DNA from: Isurus oxyrinchus | Taxonomy: Eukaryota | Direction: 5' to 3' | Assembly (NCBI GenBank): GCA_026770705.1 | Contig: JANJGN010000004.1 | Coordinates: 158,782,001-158,846,000 of the forward strand | DNA length: 64,000 bases | Shown here: one piece after another, positions 50,030-62,629 of the stretch | Layout: each line of letters starts with the position of its first letter | Numbering within the stretch: position 1 is the first letter of the stretch | The notes under the pieces: generated by a model | What the model saw: the letters and a program-made list of their open reading frames with translations, nothing else | Told to the model about the DNA's origin: nothing | Database searches by the model: none | Program-made: the position numbers and the translations under genes

Positions 50030-51251
50030 TCACTGCATGTCATCATCATCCTCCACAAAGCTGGCAGCTATGAGGGCCTCCTAAGCACACCTGCCTCGTC
50101 TAGCCAGTAAGAGAGCCTCATCCCATCATTGTCACCACTGAGGACCCCCTCAACATCATCTTCGTTGGTGTTCTCCTCGTCGGAGGAGGTGTGCAGCTTC
50201 TCCATCTTCTCCTCAGCCAGCTTCTCTCCCCGTTGCAGCGCCAGGTTGTAAAGGCCACAGCAGACGATGACAATGCGTAACAGCCTCTGCAGACTGTCTT
50301 GCAGGGCTCCACCAGACCGGTCCAGGCACCGGAATTGCATCTTCAGCATCCCGATGGTCTGCTCCACCAAGTTGGAATCTGCTGTATGAACCTCATTATA
50401 CCGTAATTCTGCTGCAGTCTGAGGCCTCTGTGGGTAGCCCTTGTACCCGAGGAGCCAACCCTGCAGCTTCTGTGGGCCATGGAGGACTGCAGGGATCTGC
50501 AAGTGGCTCAGAATGTAGGCGCATGTACATTCCCTGGAAACCATGTGCGCATCTGCAGGATGCGTTTGTGGTGGTCACATACCAGCTGCACGTTCAGTGA
50601 GTGGAAGTCTTTGTGGTTGATGAAGTCCACTGAGTGTAGCGATGGAGACCTGGGCGCCATATGAGTGCACTCAATCTCACCCTGCAGCTGTGGGAATCCC
50701 GAGATCAGGGCAAATCCAATGTCCTTTGTATCCTGGCTGTCCCAGTCCTGGATGAAATGCATAAAGTTGTGTGCCATGGAGAAGACGGCATCCTTGACCT
50801 CATGGCTGCATTTGTGGGTGGCAGATTGTGAAATCCCACAGAGGTCACCTGTGGAGCCCTGAAAGCTGCTGCTGGTGTGGAAATTGAGCATCGCAGTCAC
50901 TTTCACAGCCACTGGCAGTGGATGCCCTCCATGTGCCCTTGGCACCAAATCCTGCAGTAAGTGGCAAATGTGAGCCACCAGGTCCCTGGACATCAGCAGT
51001 TGTCACTGACATTGGTTCTCAGTCATCTGCAGGAATGGCAGGCGGTGTGTATAGACCCTGGGTGTTGCTAGGCGCTGACCAGTTACGGCTCACTGTCGCT
51101 CCTGGGCAGCTTGTGCAGGAGCCCCTGCTGCCCCTTCTTCATAAGGTTGCTGCTCCTGCCTTTGTACAGCCAGAAGCCTCAGTCGTTCTCTCCTCTGTCT
51201 TCCACGGTCTCTGTGGGCCATCAGGCATACAGCCAAGTCGCCAGGATCCAT
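50030..51251 (-). pseudogene. Harbinger DDE transposase (HARBI1-like family), disrupted
   Basis: LNFHTSSSFQ, GFPQLQGEIECTH, HSLNVQLVCD, WLLGYKGYP, EQTIGMLKMQFRCLD; broken by stops and frameshifts. Confidence 0.88.
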
Positions 51252-51609
51252 GATCCTGACATGGTTCTCATGCCGCATGAAAGAGAGAGAGATGTGGTTA
51301 TCACGGCTGTACTTAGCACCTTTCCTGGCCCTGTGTGACTGCCCCTTAACACTTCCCAGAGAGTGGTGGTCACCCCTCGGATGGCCAGAGATGAGCGCGC
51401 TGCGCGACTGCCCTGTCAGTCTGCGACATGGGGGACACTGGTCCAAACCAGGATGCTGAGATTGCAAGGGGCTGTGAGCACCTCCAGCAGTGACTGCTAC
51501 ATGGCCAGCATTGGCGAGGAGATTGTACAACGTGTGCAGTCCAACTGCTCTGCGGTCCAATAAATAGGTGGTGGACTCAAAGTCTGTGCCAGGGGTGGTT
51601 GTGTGGCAG

Positions 51610-51637
51610 GGGGGAGGTGGGTGGGGTGGGGGGGGGG

Positions 51638-51668
<31 letters not shown>
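51610..51668. repeat. Poly-G tract
   Basis: Nearly pure G runs inside the Harbinger subterminal region. Confidence 0.9.
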
Positions 51669-52399
51669 TGCACTAAGGTATGGAGCACTTAGTGGCCCTT
51701 TCGTGACTCCACATTGCTTGCAAGGATGGCAGGCTAGGAGCCAGACCCCAATCATATCACTGTGGCTCTGCCTGATCCCTCTCAGTTGCAGAGGCATGGT
51801 CACTTTATACAGGTGTCCCTAGTGTGTGGCCACTTTCCTCACTCACCCTGCCCCCCATCTTGATTGCCTGTGCTAAGGATGCAGTGCTAGGGCAACACTT
51901 GACCCAACCCACGCCTCCCCACCGACAATGGTCACCTCTGAGGCCGGCCAACACCTGACCCCGGACATCCCCCCATCTCAGCAGTTGCCTCTGGGGCCAT
52001 ACACCAGTTGCCCCCACCCCCTGGTGCCCCTGAGGCCTGTAAACAACGGGCGAGCTGTGGAGAATGCTGCTGCTCATTCACCTAAGTTCCCCCAAAGTGA
52101 AGGCTGCCAAGTGCACATTGCCTGCGTGCTGTTGTGAAACACGTCGACGTGCTTTCTGTCGACATGGATGGACAATATGGAGGGGTTCCAAGAGCCTGGT
52201 GGGATGGCCTTTTAATTATATGCTGATGTATTACAATTAGCTCCCCACCAACCAATGGCAGGAAATGTGGCCCACCATCGGTGGGCTGAGCAGAAAATCA
52301 CAACCTGCCTTCACGCCATCGTGAAGCAGGTCACACCATATTTTCTGCGCCCATCACCTATCACTCTGCCAGCAGGATCGGAAAATTCCGCTCCTTATT

Positions 52400-53900
52400 T
52401 GACCCCAGTTCTAGATCCTCCCACAAGAGGAAATATCCTTTCCACATCGACTCTGTCAAGACCTCTCAGAATCTCGTATGCTTCAATCAGGTTCTGTTTA
52501 CTCTTCTAAATGCCAATGGATACAAGGCTTTCCTCTTAAGACATGGCTGCACATTCCAGGTATTAATCTAATAAACCTTCTCTGAACTGCTAATCAAATT
52601 TCGCCTTTCCTGAACTTAGGTTATCCTTCTCTGATGTGCTAATACCATCATTAATTAACAGAGTCATCTTTTCCTACCTCCCTGTCCTTCCTAAATGTCA
52701 CATACACTTCAATATTTAGCTTACAATTTATGCCATCCTCGAGCCATGTCTCTGTAATGGCTATTAGGTCGTACTTATTTATTCTGCGCTATCAGTTCAT
52801 CTATTTTGCTTCGAATGCTATGTGCAATGAAATACATAGCCTTTTGTTACGCCCTTTTATTATTTTTGTAACATCTAGCCTTGACTGCTGATTTACTCTT
52901 TACTTCCTGTTACATTCTGTTTATCATTTCCCATATTAATACCTTTCTCTCTTGCCTTGTCGCTGCTCTTTAATCTACCACATCTTTCAAATTTTGATCT
53001 CTTACACCCACTATTTAGTTCAAAATCCTCTCTACTTCCCTAGTTATGCAGTCAACCACTTTCCCCAGTCCTGGTGCCAGCACCCACAAACTGGAACTCA
53101 CTTCTCCCATACCACTATTTGAGCCATGGATTCATTTCACTCATCTTATTTTCCTAATGCTAATTTGCATGTGGCTTGGGTAATAAACCAGAGATTATTA
53201 CCTTTGAGGTTCTGCTACTTAATTTGGTGCCTAGCTCTTCATACTGACTCTGCAGAATCTCTTTCTGCAGAATCTCCTTCCTTGTACTGCCTGTGTCATT
53301 GGTACCTACATGGACCATGACCACTGGATCCTTCCCCTCCCACTGCAATTTCCTCTCCAGCCCTGATTAGGTGTCCTGAACCTTGGCACTGGCCTGGCAG
53401 CACAGAAATCTGGAATCTCAGTCTCGGCTGCAAAGAAATGTGTCAATCCCCTTCACTATACTGCCTTCTACCATCACTATATTCTTTTTTGCTCCACCAC
53501 TTGAATGGTTTCCTTTACGTCTGTTAGCTCATTCATCCAGTAGTCCCCACTCTCATCCAAACAAGCTGAGAGAACCTCCAAGCTGTTAATTGCAGAGAGT
53601 GAGGCTCCTGCGCTCCTGGCCTCTGGGTCTCCTTACCTGCTTCACTTGCAGTCACATCCTCCTGTCCCTGACCGTCTCCCAGATCAGAAGCCCCTATCCT
53701 AAGTGGTGTGACCATCTCCTCGTGCAAAGTGCCCAGGTAACTTTGCCCCTCCCTGATGTGTCGCAGTGTCTGCAGCCCAGCCTCCAGACTTCGAACTGAA
53801 GCTCCTCAAGCAGCAAACGTTTACTGCAGATGTGTTTGCCCAATGGAATCCATGAGTTGCCACATGTGGCAGCCTTGACACATCACCTGCCATCATTAAC
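52400..53900 (-). mobile_element. CR1 LINE (ORF1, ORF2 start, 3' fragment) with a large internal deletion
   Basis: DPVVMVHVGTND..KVIISGLLP esterase, endonuclease start DLIAITETW, and a CR1 3' segment. Confidence 0.8.
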
Positions 53901-54674
53901 ATGTTTAATTATCTACTTATCTTCTTCAATTATTTATTTTCCTTCTTCAAATATTTTATTAACCTTACCTCCAATTCCTGTACTATTTTAAACTTTAGGA
54001 ATAGAATAGACCTGAACCACTTACCAGATATTCATCAGACAGTTAGCTTCTTCTCCAACCAGTCAAATTACTTCTTTGTTGTGATGTCACTATTTTTGTT
54101 CACTCTTCATTTGAATGGGCTGGTTCCCAGCATCTGACTGGTATGCCTCTCTGAGTCCCAGGTAAATGTAGGCCTCGAGCCTTGGTCCCAATTTATATTC
54201 TCCTGCTCCAGGTTGCTTCCTCATGGGTCCGCCACTACTTCTCTGACCCCCAGTTAGGTATACATCTCAAGCCTTTACCATGGGCTTCAGCAACCCTATG
54301 TCAAGCCAAGAAGTGGGTCCCAAGCCCACCCCTGGGGCAGTGAGAAAGACTCGGTGATTTTACTGCAGGCAGACTGCTAATTGGCTGCCAACGGGCCCAC
54401 GTCCAATTAGGATGGCGGACAAGCTCCTGATGCTGCTGGCCCAATCAGAAGGCCAGCAGTTCTGAAGTCTCAGCAGTGCTACTGTGAAAGGTGAGCACTG
54501 CTGGGACACATTGAAAACCTCGGGGATGCCTCAAAATGCATTAAATCCAGCCTAATATAAATCTGAATGTGACACTATGTCAAATTTTGTTTTATAATGC
54601 TCCTGTGAAGAGCCTTGGGATGTTTCATTACATTAAAGGCACTATATGAATACAAGTTGTTTTTCACTTCAAAT

Positions 54675-57600
54675 TGTCAGTTGATAAGCCCCTAGACTTG
54701 GTCATGTCACAGTCGCTGGAGCTGCAAAGGCAAGCTCGGGAATATCAGGAAGGGATGTCCGCTGCACTCCTCAGATTGCAAGGCACAATGGAGGAGTCTG
54801 TCGGCCTTCAGCCTGAGTTGATAGCGCTACATGCTAATGCACCAAGGTCAACGCTGATAGGATGGCAGCAGCCATGGAGACCCTGGTCCAGGATATTGCT
54901 CCTGCACTGTTACACGGGCCGAATTCCATCGCTGACGCCATAGTTGGCTCCAACAGTGTTGGCGCAAGAGGGGTGCGGGCAGCTCAATCTCACTCCAGCT
55001 ACCCCTTCTCCTCAAGGAGTCAGCCAGAGGCCCTTGGGCACCCATAGGGTTGAGGATCAGCAGTTGCACTGACTGGGGCCATCCACCCAGGTGACACCGG
55101 AAGTGTCCGGCCCATCCGAATCCCCTATTCCTGTGGCCTCAGCAGCTCCAGCTCCACAGGCCGAGGAGGGTGCCACTGCCACACAGCAGACCATGGCCCT
55201 TCAAGTCTTGGCCCTCTCATGGACGCCCGACAAGGTCATCACAGACAGGGCATTGCTGTCAGCAGGCTGCCTACGCCTCCACTGTGGATGTGCTAGGAGC
55301 ACCACGACTTATTGGCAGGGTTAGGAAAGTAAAGAAGATGTAGTTGAACAGCCTGGGCATGAGTGTTACTTACTTGTACATAATGTTCATTAATGTCAAT
55401 AAACTCCCAAGAATGTGTCCCTGCCTACGGCTCCTTGTTCTGATGAGCAGTGTTCGTGTCACTCAGGCGTGAAACCTTTCTGCACAAGATAAAGTCAGGT
55501 GTCTCAGTCCAGGGCCTCTTCCCTGTGCATTGCGCAGCCTTCAGACCAAAGTGGTGGTCTACCTCTCACTGCTTGGTCATATTGGTGATGCCTGCACCTC
55601 GACGGTGCTTGTCAATGCTGCGAGAATGTTGTGGGCTGACATCACAGAGTTCTCTCATTCTCTCTGTGTGCTCTCAGCACCTTTAAGATGGGGGCTTGCG
55701 TCCATCTCTTCAGCATCTGTGACTGATGACTGTGCTTTTAAAATTTAATGGCTGGTCTCTATGATATGACCCTGATCAGAGAGCACAGGCAAGCTGCCCT
55801 CGGCCAGACAGGAGTCAAATGTTCTCAAAGGCTATGTGAAGATCTAGGGAGTGTCCTCACTGCATGTCGTCATCATCCTCCTGGAATCGAGCGATTATTA
55901 GGGCCTTCACTGAGTATCCATGACAGGAACTTTATCATAGAGTGTATGTGCGCCACTATAAGCCAGACAGGAGTCAAACATTCATAAATGCAATGTGAGG
56001 ATCTATGGTGACTCTTCACTGCTTGCCGTGATCATCCATCACGAATCTAACAGTTATAAGGGTCTTTTGAGTGCACCTGCCTTGCCTGACCAGTGTGAGG
56101 GCCTCATCCCCCTCATGGTTGCCTTCGAGGACCTCCTCACCTCATCCCCATCGGTGTCCTCTTCATTGGAGGAGACCTCCAGCTCCTGAATCTCCTCCTC
56201 AGCCAGCTCCTCTCCCCATTGCAGCACCAGACTGTAAAGGGTGCAGCAGACTATGACAATGTGTGACACCTTCTGTGGACTAAATTGCAGGGCTCTACCA
56301 GACCGGTCCAGGGACCGGAACCTCATTTTCAGCATCTCAATGGTCTGTTCCACCAAGTTGCGAGTTGCAGCATGAGCCCCGTTATACCTTCACTCTGCTG
56401 CAGTCTGAGACCACCACATGGGCAAATCCAATCGCTCTTGCATCCTGGCTGTCCTGGTCCCAGGCAAAATGTACAAAGTTGTGTGCCCTTGCAAAGATGA
56501 CGTCCATGACCTCACAGATGTATTTGTGGGTGGAGGCTTGTGATATCCCACAGAGGTCACCTGTGGAGCCCTGAAAGGAGCCACTGGCGTAGAAATTGAG
56601 CACCGTGGTCACTTTCACGACCATTGGCAGTTGATGCCGTCCATGTCCCTGTGGCACCAAATCCTGCAGTGGGTGGCAGATGTGACCGACCAGTTCCCTA
56701 GACATGCACAATTTTCAATGACACCGGTTCTCGGTCATCTTCAGGAATGAAAGATGGCGTCTACAGATCCTAGGTGTTGCTAGGTGATGACCAATGATGG
56801 CTCACTGTGGTTCTTTGGCGGTGTGTGCAGGAGCCCCAGCCGCCCCATCTTCCCGGGGGTGTTGTTCCTTTCGCTGTGCAGGCAGATGCCTCAGTTGCTC
56901 TCTTCTCCATTGTCTTCACTCTCTGTAAGCCATGAGGCATACAGCTAGTTCACCAGGCTCCATGATCCTGATATACTCCTCCTGCAGGATGAAAGAGAGA
57001 AACATGGTGTACTAAGAACCTGTCTTAGGTTAAGTGTGAAGGCTTCTTAGCGCATTGTGGAGAGTGTTGGCCATCACTCGGATGGCCAGGGATTCATGCG
57101 CTGCTTGGCTGCCTGAAACCCCATCTTCCTCCACCCCACCCCACCTGACCGGTTGATGACAGCTTTGCCCATCGGACTGCATGCTGTGTTCTCAGCTCAG
57201 TTGCAAGCATTCTCCTAGTCCATACTGCAAGGCTGCACTATTAGTTTGAGCCAGGGGGAGACTGGTCCAAACTGGGATGATGACCTTGCAAGGGGCTGTG
57301 AGCGCCTCCACCAGTGACTGCTCCATGGCCAGCTTTCACAAGGAGATTGTACAACGTGTCTAGTCATCCAGCTGTTCTGCAGTCCACTAAAATGCTCATT
57401 AGTTTGCAGTCTGTGCGCGAGGGATGTAAAGCTCTGGAGCACTTGGTGGCACTTTGATGCCTCTGTGTTGCTTGAGTGGGCAGAAATGCTAGAGGTCCGA
57501 CTCCAACATGTCAATATGGCTGCACCTAAACTGTCTCAGCTGCAGAGGAATGGTCACTTTATACAAAGTTTCCCTAATGCGTGGCCGCTTCCCTCACCCA

Positions 57601-58160
57601 CATCCCCACATCCCGCACGTGCTTGTGCGTTACCTTCAACCGTAGTGCAGCCCTTGCCCCACCCCCCCATGTCCCTCAACCACAGGGCAGTCCTTGCTCC
57701 CCCACCCCATGTCATATCGATCGCAGGGCAGCCCTTGCCCCAAGCAACCCCCGTACCCAACATGCCTCAACCTTGAAACCCAACAGGAGACCCGGGCAAG
57801 TGCTGTGCAATGTTTCTGTGTACTCATCTCTGAGTTTCCCTCAAAGTGCAGCCCGCCAAGTACGCGCCTTTTATATGCTGTTGTTAAGCATGTCAGCGCG
57901 CAATCCTGCTGACGTGGGCGGACGATCCAGCTGGTGAGAGACGATTCCAGCAGGCTGGGCTTATAATGATGATAATTTGTATTAAAATGAGGCTCCTGAC
58001 ATCCGATGGCAGGAAACGTGGCCTACCAATGGTGGGTGAAGCGGACAATCACAAACTGGCTTCACGACATCATGAAACCAAATTTTGGCCTTCTAACCAT
58101 ATCGTCTGCTCATGCCACCAAACATGCCTGATGTCAGCGGGCATGGAAAATCCCAGCATA
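54675..58160. mobile_element. PIF/Harbinger DNA transposon (copy H2), left part missing, without the Tx1 insertion
   Basis: Collinear with H1 across the Myb 3' end, the intergenic region and the transposase; right end ggcatggaaaatcccagc. Confidence 0.82.
56010..56963 (-). pseudogene. Harbinger transposase with the central catalytic region deleted
   Basis: LNFYASGSFQGSTGDLCGISQ and EQTIEMLKMRFRSLD are present; the segment matching H1 ~50430-50710 is absent. Confidence 0.85.
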
Positions 58161-58599
58161 AATAACAAAAGGGATGATGGACAAGAAACAAAAGATGAGT
58201 CTAAAGGAGGTGTAAGTGGGACTAACAAAATCATTACCAATAGCAGGTGTCCAAAAAATGGGAGCTGTGGTCATCATCAGAAATTGTTGAACCCAGTGTT
58301 GCGGCTGAAAGGCTGTAAAGTGTCAAATCAGAAAGTGAAGTGCTGTTCCCTGAGCCTTCTCGTTTCTTTGACTCTGCACCTGCTTAAACTCTGTTACATC
58401 TCCAGAAGAATCAGGTATACTGCTTTGCGTTTCACAGGAATACTGAGGGGCAGTGTCATCTCAGGCACCTTCTCCACGATCAGCTCTCCTGGACCTACCT
58501 GCCTGCCTGCTGACTCAACATTGGCTGCCTGATATTGTGCCAGAGCCAAACAGCTGCAGTTGAAGGCATGTTGCAGGCTGATGACATGGCGTCAGCCAT

Positions 58600-59050
58600 G
58601 CATCAGCAGGTAGCATTCTCACCTCTGGGGCAGAACGTTCATTGTCCCTCTCCAGAAACTTGAGCACAAAAATCAGCTGAGGCTTACAGTGCAGCACTGA
58701 GGGAATGCAACACTGGCAGAGTTGCCCTCTTTTGGATGAGACATTAAAACTGTGGCTTATTTGCCCTCTCAGGTGGCAATAAAAGATCCATGGCACTATT
58801 TCAAAGAAGAGCAGGGAAGTTATCCCCAGTGTCCTGGCCTATATTTATCCTTTAATGAACATCACTAAAACACAGATTATCCAGCCATTTTCACATTACT
58901 ATTTATTGAACATTGCTGGGTGTGAGTATGCTACTGCATTTCCTACACATTGTCACCACATTTCAAAACATGTATTTCATTGGCTATGTTCTCTGGGATG
59001 TTCTGACCTCATGAAAGGAACTGTATAAATGCAAATTTTTCATTTCATTT
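58600..59050 (+). mobile_element. DeuSINE-superfamily SINE (SacSINE1-like)
   Basis: Deu-domain-like ttttggatgagacattaaaac...gatccatggcactattt...gtgtcctggcc with an L2-like tail (tataaatgcaa). Confidence 0.65.
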
Positions 59051-59599
59051 GCTGTATGGTGATGAGATCCAACCCTTTAAATAGCTTTAGCCACTTGCCA
59101 GCGGGAATAGGCGAGCTTTTCACCCATTGCTAGTCTGTTTGATGCGTGAAGTTAAAATGAAGCCTCAATTTTCCTGTGAGCCAAAGCCAAAACCAAAACC
59201 AATGCTGTTATATATCTTGGCTGGAATCTTCCTGCTGCTATGGAGGCAGGTTTGAAGGTGGGATGGGGGACAAACTTGGAGATTAGTGTGCTGGTTGGTG
59301 CGGCAGTGCATTACCGCTTCTGGGTGATTTTGCCTCAGTCGGATGAACAATGGTAGCGGCTCTCTGCCCGGCAGTGGCGCGTAGCCATAATGACCAATTA
59401 AGGGCCTAAGGATGGGGATGTGGAGAACTCTTCTGGAATCCCCCAGGTGTCAGTCCGGCTCCTTGCTGAGTGCTAAACCCAGCAGCTCTAAAGAGGATAA
59501 AAGCAAAAAACTGCGGATGCTGGAAATCCAAAACAAAAACAAAAATAAAAATACCTGGAAAAACTCAGCAGGTCTGGCAGCATCTGCGAAGAGGAACAC

Positions 59600-59638
59600 A
59601 GTTAATGTTTCGAGTCCGTATGACTCTTCAACAGAACT
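59600..59638 (-). ncRNA. Minimal type I hammerhead ribozyme-like motif (variant core)
   Basis: Minus strand reads AGTT-CTGTTGA-A-GAGTC-atacg-GACTC-GAAAC-ATT-AACT. Confidence 0.55.
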
Positions 59639-59847
59639 AAGGAAAAATAGAAGAGAGGTGAAATATAAGCTGGTTTAAGGGGGTGGGGGGATTGGGACAA
59701 GTGGAGCTGAATAGAGGGCCAATGATAGGTGGAGATAGCCAAAAGATGTCATAGATGCCTTTTGTCTACCTACTCTGCTTGTCCCACCCCACCCCCTCCC
59801 CCACCCCTTAAACCAACTTATATTTCACCTCTCTTCTATTTTTCCTT

Positions 59848-59886
59848 AGTTCTGTTGAAGAACGATACGGACTCGAAACGTTAACT
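59848..59886 (+). ncRNA. Minimal type I hammerhead ribozyme-like motif (stem II damaged)
   Basis: AGTT-CTGTTGA-agaacgatacggactc-GAAAC-GTT-AACT. Confidence 0.5.
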
Positions 59887-60861
59887 GTGTTCCTGTCCAC
59901 AGATGCTGCCAGACCTGCTGAGTTTTTCCAGGTATTTTTATTTTTAGCTCTAAAGAGGAGGTGGCCTCCCAGTGGCAAGACAGCCATCAGTGCTGGAGGC
60001 TCCATATCCCAATGATTGCCACAGGCAGGAAAGGCTGCATGCTGCCCAAATGACTCTTCCAGAGGGCTTTCTCTCTAATCCGATGGGAAAACCGGCCTCA
60101 TCCCTCTGCATCTTAGGAATCTGATGTATGTTTCTGAGGGCCTCTCCATATTGAGGCACCCACACACCCTCCTTTCTGCCTGAGTAGTGCCACCTCTTTC
60201 AATTGGTCTGGCAACCTTCCAAAGCTGCGGGCTCTTTGACTGAGCCTCCAGCCTCAGGAATCTGGCTCCTATCCTTAATTGAAGGTGACCGATTAGAGGA
60301 TGCTCTGAAGTGTGCACTGCAGGCCTTTGTGTGGTCAAGATCCAGGAAATTTTGCTGCCATATCTGAGATAGCCCAGAAGTGACAATACATTTTATTGTT
60401 ATTTTTGACCACTGTCATAAACTTTGCTCCATATCACTGACTCCAACCATGTACCAGCCATTTATTCAGCCTGAACCAGACGGTAGAAGGCCTTGACCTC
60501 TCTTAGATCTAGAGCTGTGCTCCAATCACCACCTCCCCCATCACCACAGCTTCTTGTTTCCCTTTGCAGCACTACCTCTTTCTACTTCAACCCTTGCACT
60601 GCTGAAATTATTTATCCATACTTTGGTTGGTGACCAAATATTTTTCCACTGCCCTCCTGCTAGCCTCAGACACTCCAGCTTCCATAATTTCTGACTTGTG
60701 CAACATTTAACCATTTTTATACTTCACTGCATTCGGTCCTGTTCACCCATTATCCCCAAATTCACAAACTAACTTTAGCTGCCTGCTCACCAACATGTTT
60801 GACATTTAGAATTTTTGTCTGTATCTTCAAATCCCTTTGCAACCTCAATCCACCCAATTTT

Positions 60862-61225
60862 TTTTATTCATTCATGGGAAATGGGCTTCATTGGCTGGGC
60901 CAGCATTTATTGCCCATCCCTGGTTGCCCTTGAGAAGGTGGTGAACTGAGTGGTTTGCTAGACCATTTCAGAGGGCATTTAAGAGTCAACCACATTGCTG
61001 TGGGTCTGGAGTCATGTGTAGGCCAGACCACGTAAGGATGACAGACTTCCTTCCCTGAAGGACAATAGTGAACCTGATGGGTTTTGCAACAATTGACAAT
61101 AGTTTCATCATCATCAATAGACTTTTAATTCTAGATTTTTATTGAATTCAAATTCCAACATTTGCCGTGGCAGGATTTGAACCTACGTCCCTAGATCACT
61201 AATCCAGCGACAATGCAGCCACCAT
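60862..61225 (-). mobile_element. HE1-like SINE, within L2-like debris
   Basis: Homologous to 17820-18205. Confidence 0.8.
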
Positions 61226-62144
61226 CAAGTTTTATTTATTCCCTTGTTTCTCTTAGCCTGTTGATTGCATGATTGTCTGCATTTCCCAATCTTTTTGTCT
61301 CACCGTTGCTGGGAGAACATTTAGCTGCCTCATTCCTTCCTCTGAAACTACCTCTTTAAACTGTTATGATTCCTGTGGGAAAATTGTAAGCCAGTATAAA
61401 CAAATTTACTGGATGACCTCCAAAGAAGAAATTACCAACAAAATTTCATTTTTTTCCAACTTTTACTTTAACACAAATCAAACTAAAGTAAATTAAATGT
61501 GAATTAACAGGCAAATGATACTTCAAAAAAGGTAAATTTCACTTTAAATAGTTGATACAATAAAGATATGTCTTATGCAGCCACAAGCACCCGCATCACT
61601 CCCTGCAGACATGTGGCACTACAAAGCTACACAGTTCCACAATATATTGTTCTTTAGTCATGCAGGGTAGGTTAGGAGTCTTATCCCTCAACAACTTTCA
61701 TCTTTGAATTTCACAGGTATGATTATCATCAACATGGCACATTTCTATGAACCCTTTCTCCCTAAGGTTTAACAGCGGTGTAACTTTTCAGAATTCCTTT
61801 TCAGCCAACAATCCAATAATACCCAGGCTCTTGGTTTGGCCACTACTGGGAAAACACTCCGATTTAAAGAGTCTCTGAGCTTTCACACAGCTATCCAGGT
61901 TTTAAACCTTTTTAGCCAGCTTGCATGTGCCTCCCAAGAGCTCCTGACTCCTTTTCTGCCACATGGTAAAACAGCCTCTTCCTGAGGGTGATTTGCTCCT
62001 TCTCCTCAAAAGAATTCTCTGTGTTCCTCTTTCTGTCTCTGTCTGCTTTCTCTTTGTGTGTGTACCTGTTTGCTGATCACCTTCGCCCTTCAGCTCCACT
62101 GCTTTTTGGATGGCCAGGTCACAACTCACAAAGGCTCCTTTGAT

Positions 62145-62405
62145 AGCACCTACAAAACTTGTGACCTCTACACCTAGAAGGACAAGGGAGCAGATGCATG
62201 GGAACACCACCACCTGCAAACTCCCCTCCAAGTCACATATCATCCTGGCTTGGAACTCCCTTCCTAACAGCACTGTGGGTGTTTCTACATCACATGAACT
62301 GCAGTGGTTCACGAAGGCAGCTCACCTTATCAAGGGAAATTAGGGATGGGCAATAAATGCTGGCCTAGCTAGCAACACCCATGTCCATGAACAAATATAT
62401 AAAAA
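62145..62405 (+). mobile_element. HER1-like LINE 3' end
   Basis: Family tail tagggatgggcaataaatgctggcc followed by an A-run. Confidence 0.8.
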
Positions 62406-62629
62406 AAACCTGAATCTTATTATCAAAGAAAATTACAATTGATTCCTTTACAATTGATGCAAACTCTTAAAAGTCCTTTTCAAACATTCTTAAAAACAAA
62501 TTCCTTCTTCCAGGTCAAAGGTCAGGTCACTACCTTTAAGAACCTGCTCATCACAGATAAGTATGAAGTATTAAATTTTGGTTAAAAAAATTAACCAGAT
62601 CTCACATTACTTGGAAAATAAGAATCCTT

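Larger units (their letters stand above)
41500..52393. mobile_element. PIF/Harbinger DNA transposon (copy H1) with convergent Myb/SANT and transposase genes, interrupted by the Tx1 array
   Basis: Degenerate termini ggattttcatgcc / ggaaaattccgctcc, the two-gene layout typical of Harbinger, and collinearity with copy H2. Confidence 0.82.
59498..59945. mobile_element. Non-autonomous Penelope-derived insertion made of two inverted terminal repeats, 14-bp TSD
   Basis: agctctaaagagga at 59484-59497 and 59946-59959; the arms are reverse complements. Confidence 0.85.

Noticed and set aside
51090-51803. 237-aa proline-rich ORF, and similar ORFs at 18508-18889 and 25477-25807
   Set aside because: Poly-Pro and poly-Gly stretches come from G/C homopolymer runs in TEs.
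50030-56963. Domesticated HARBI1 or NAIF1 host genes
   Set aside because: Stops, frameshifts, a catalytic-region deletion, multiple copies and TIR remnants indicate dead transposons.
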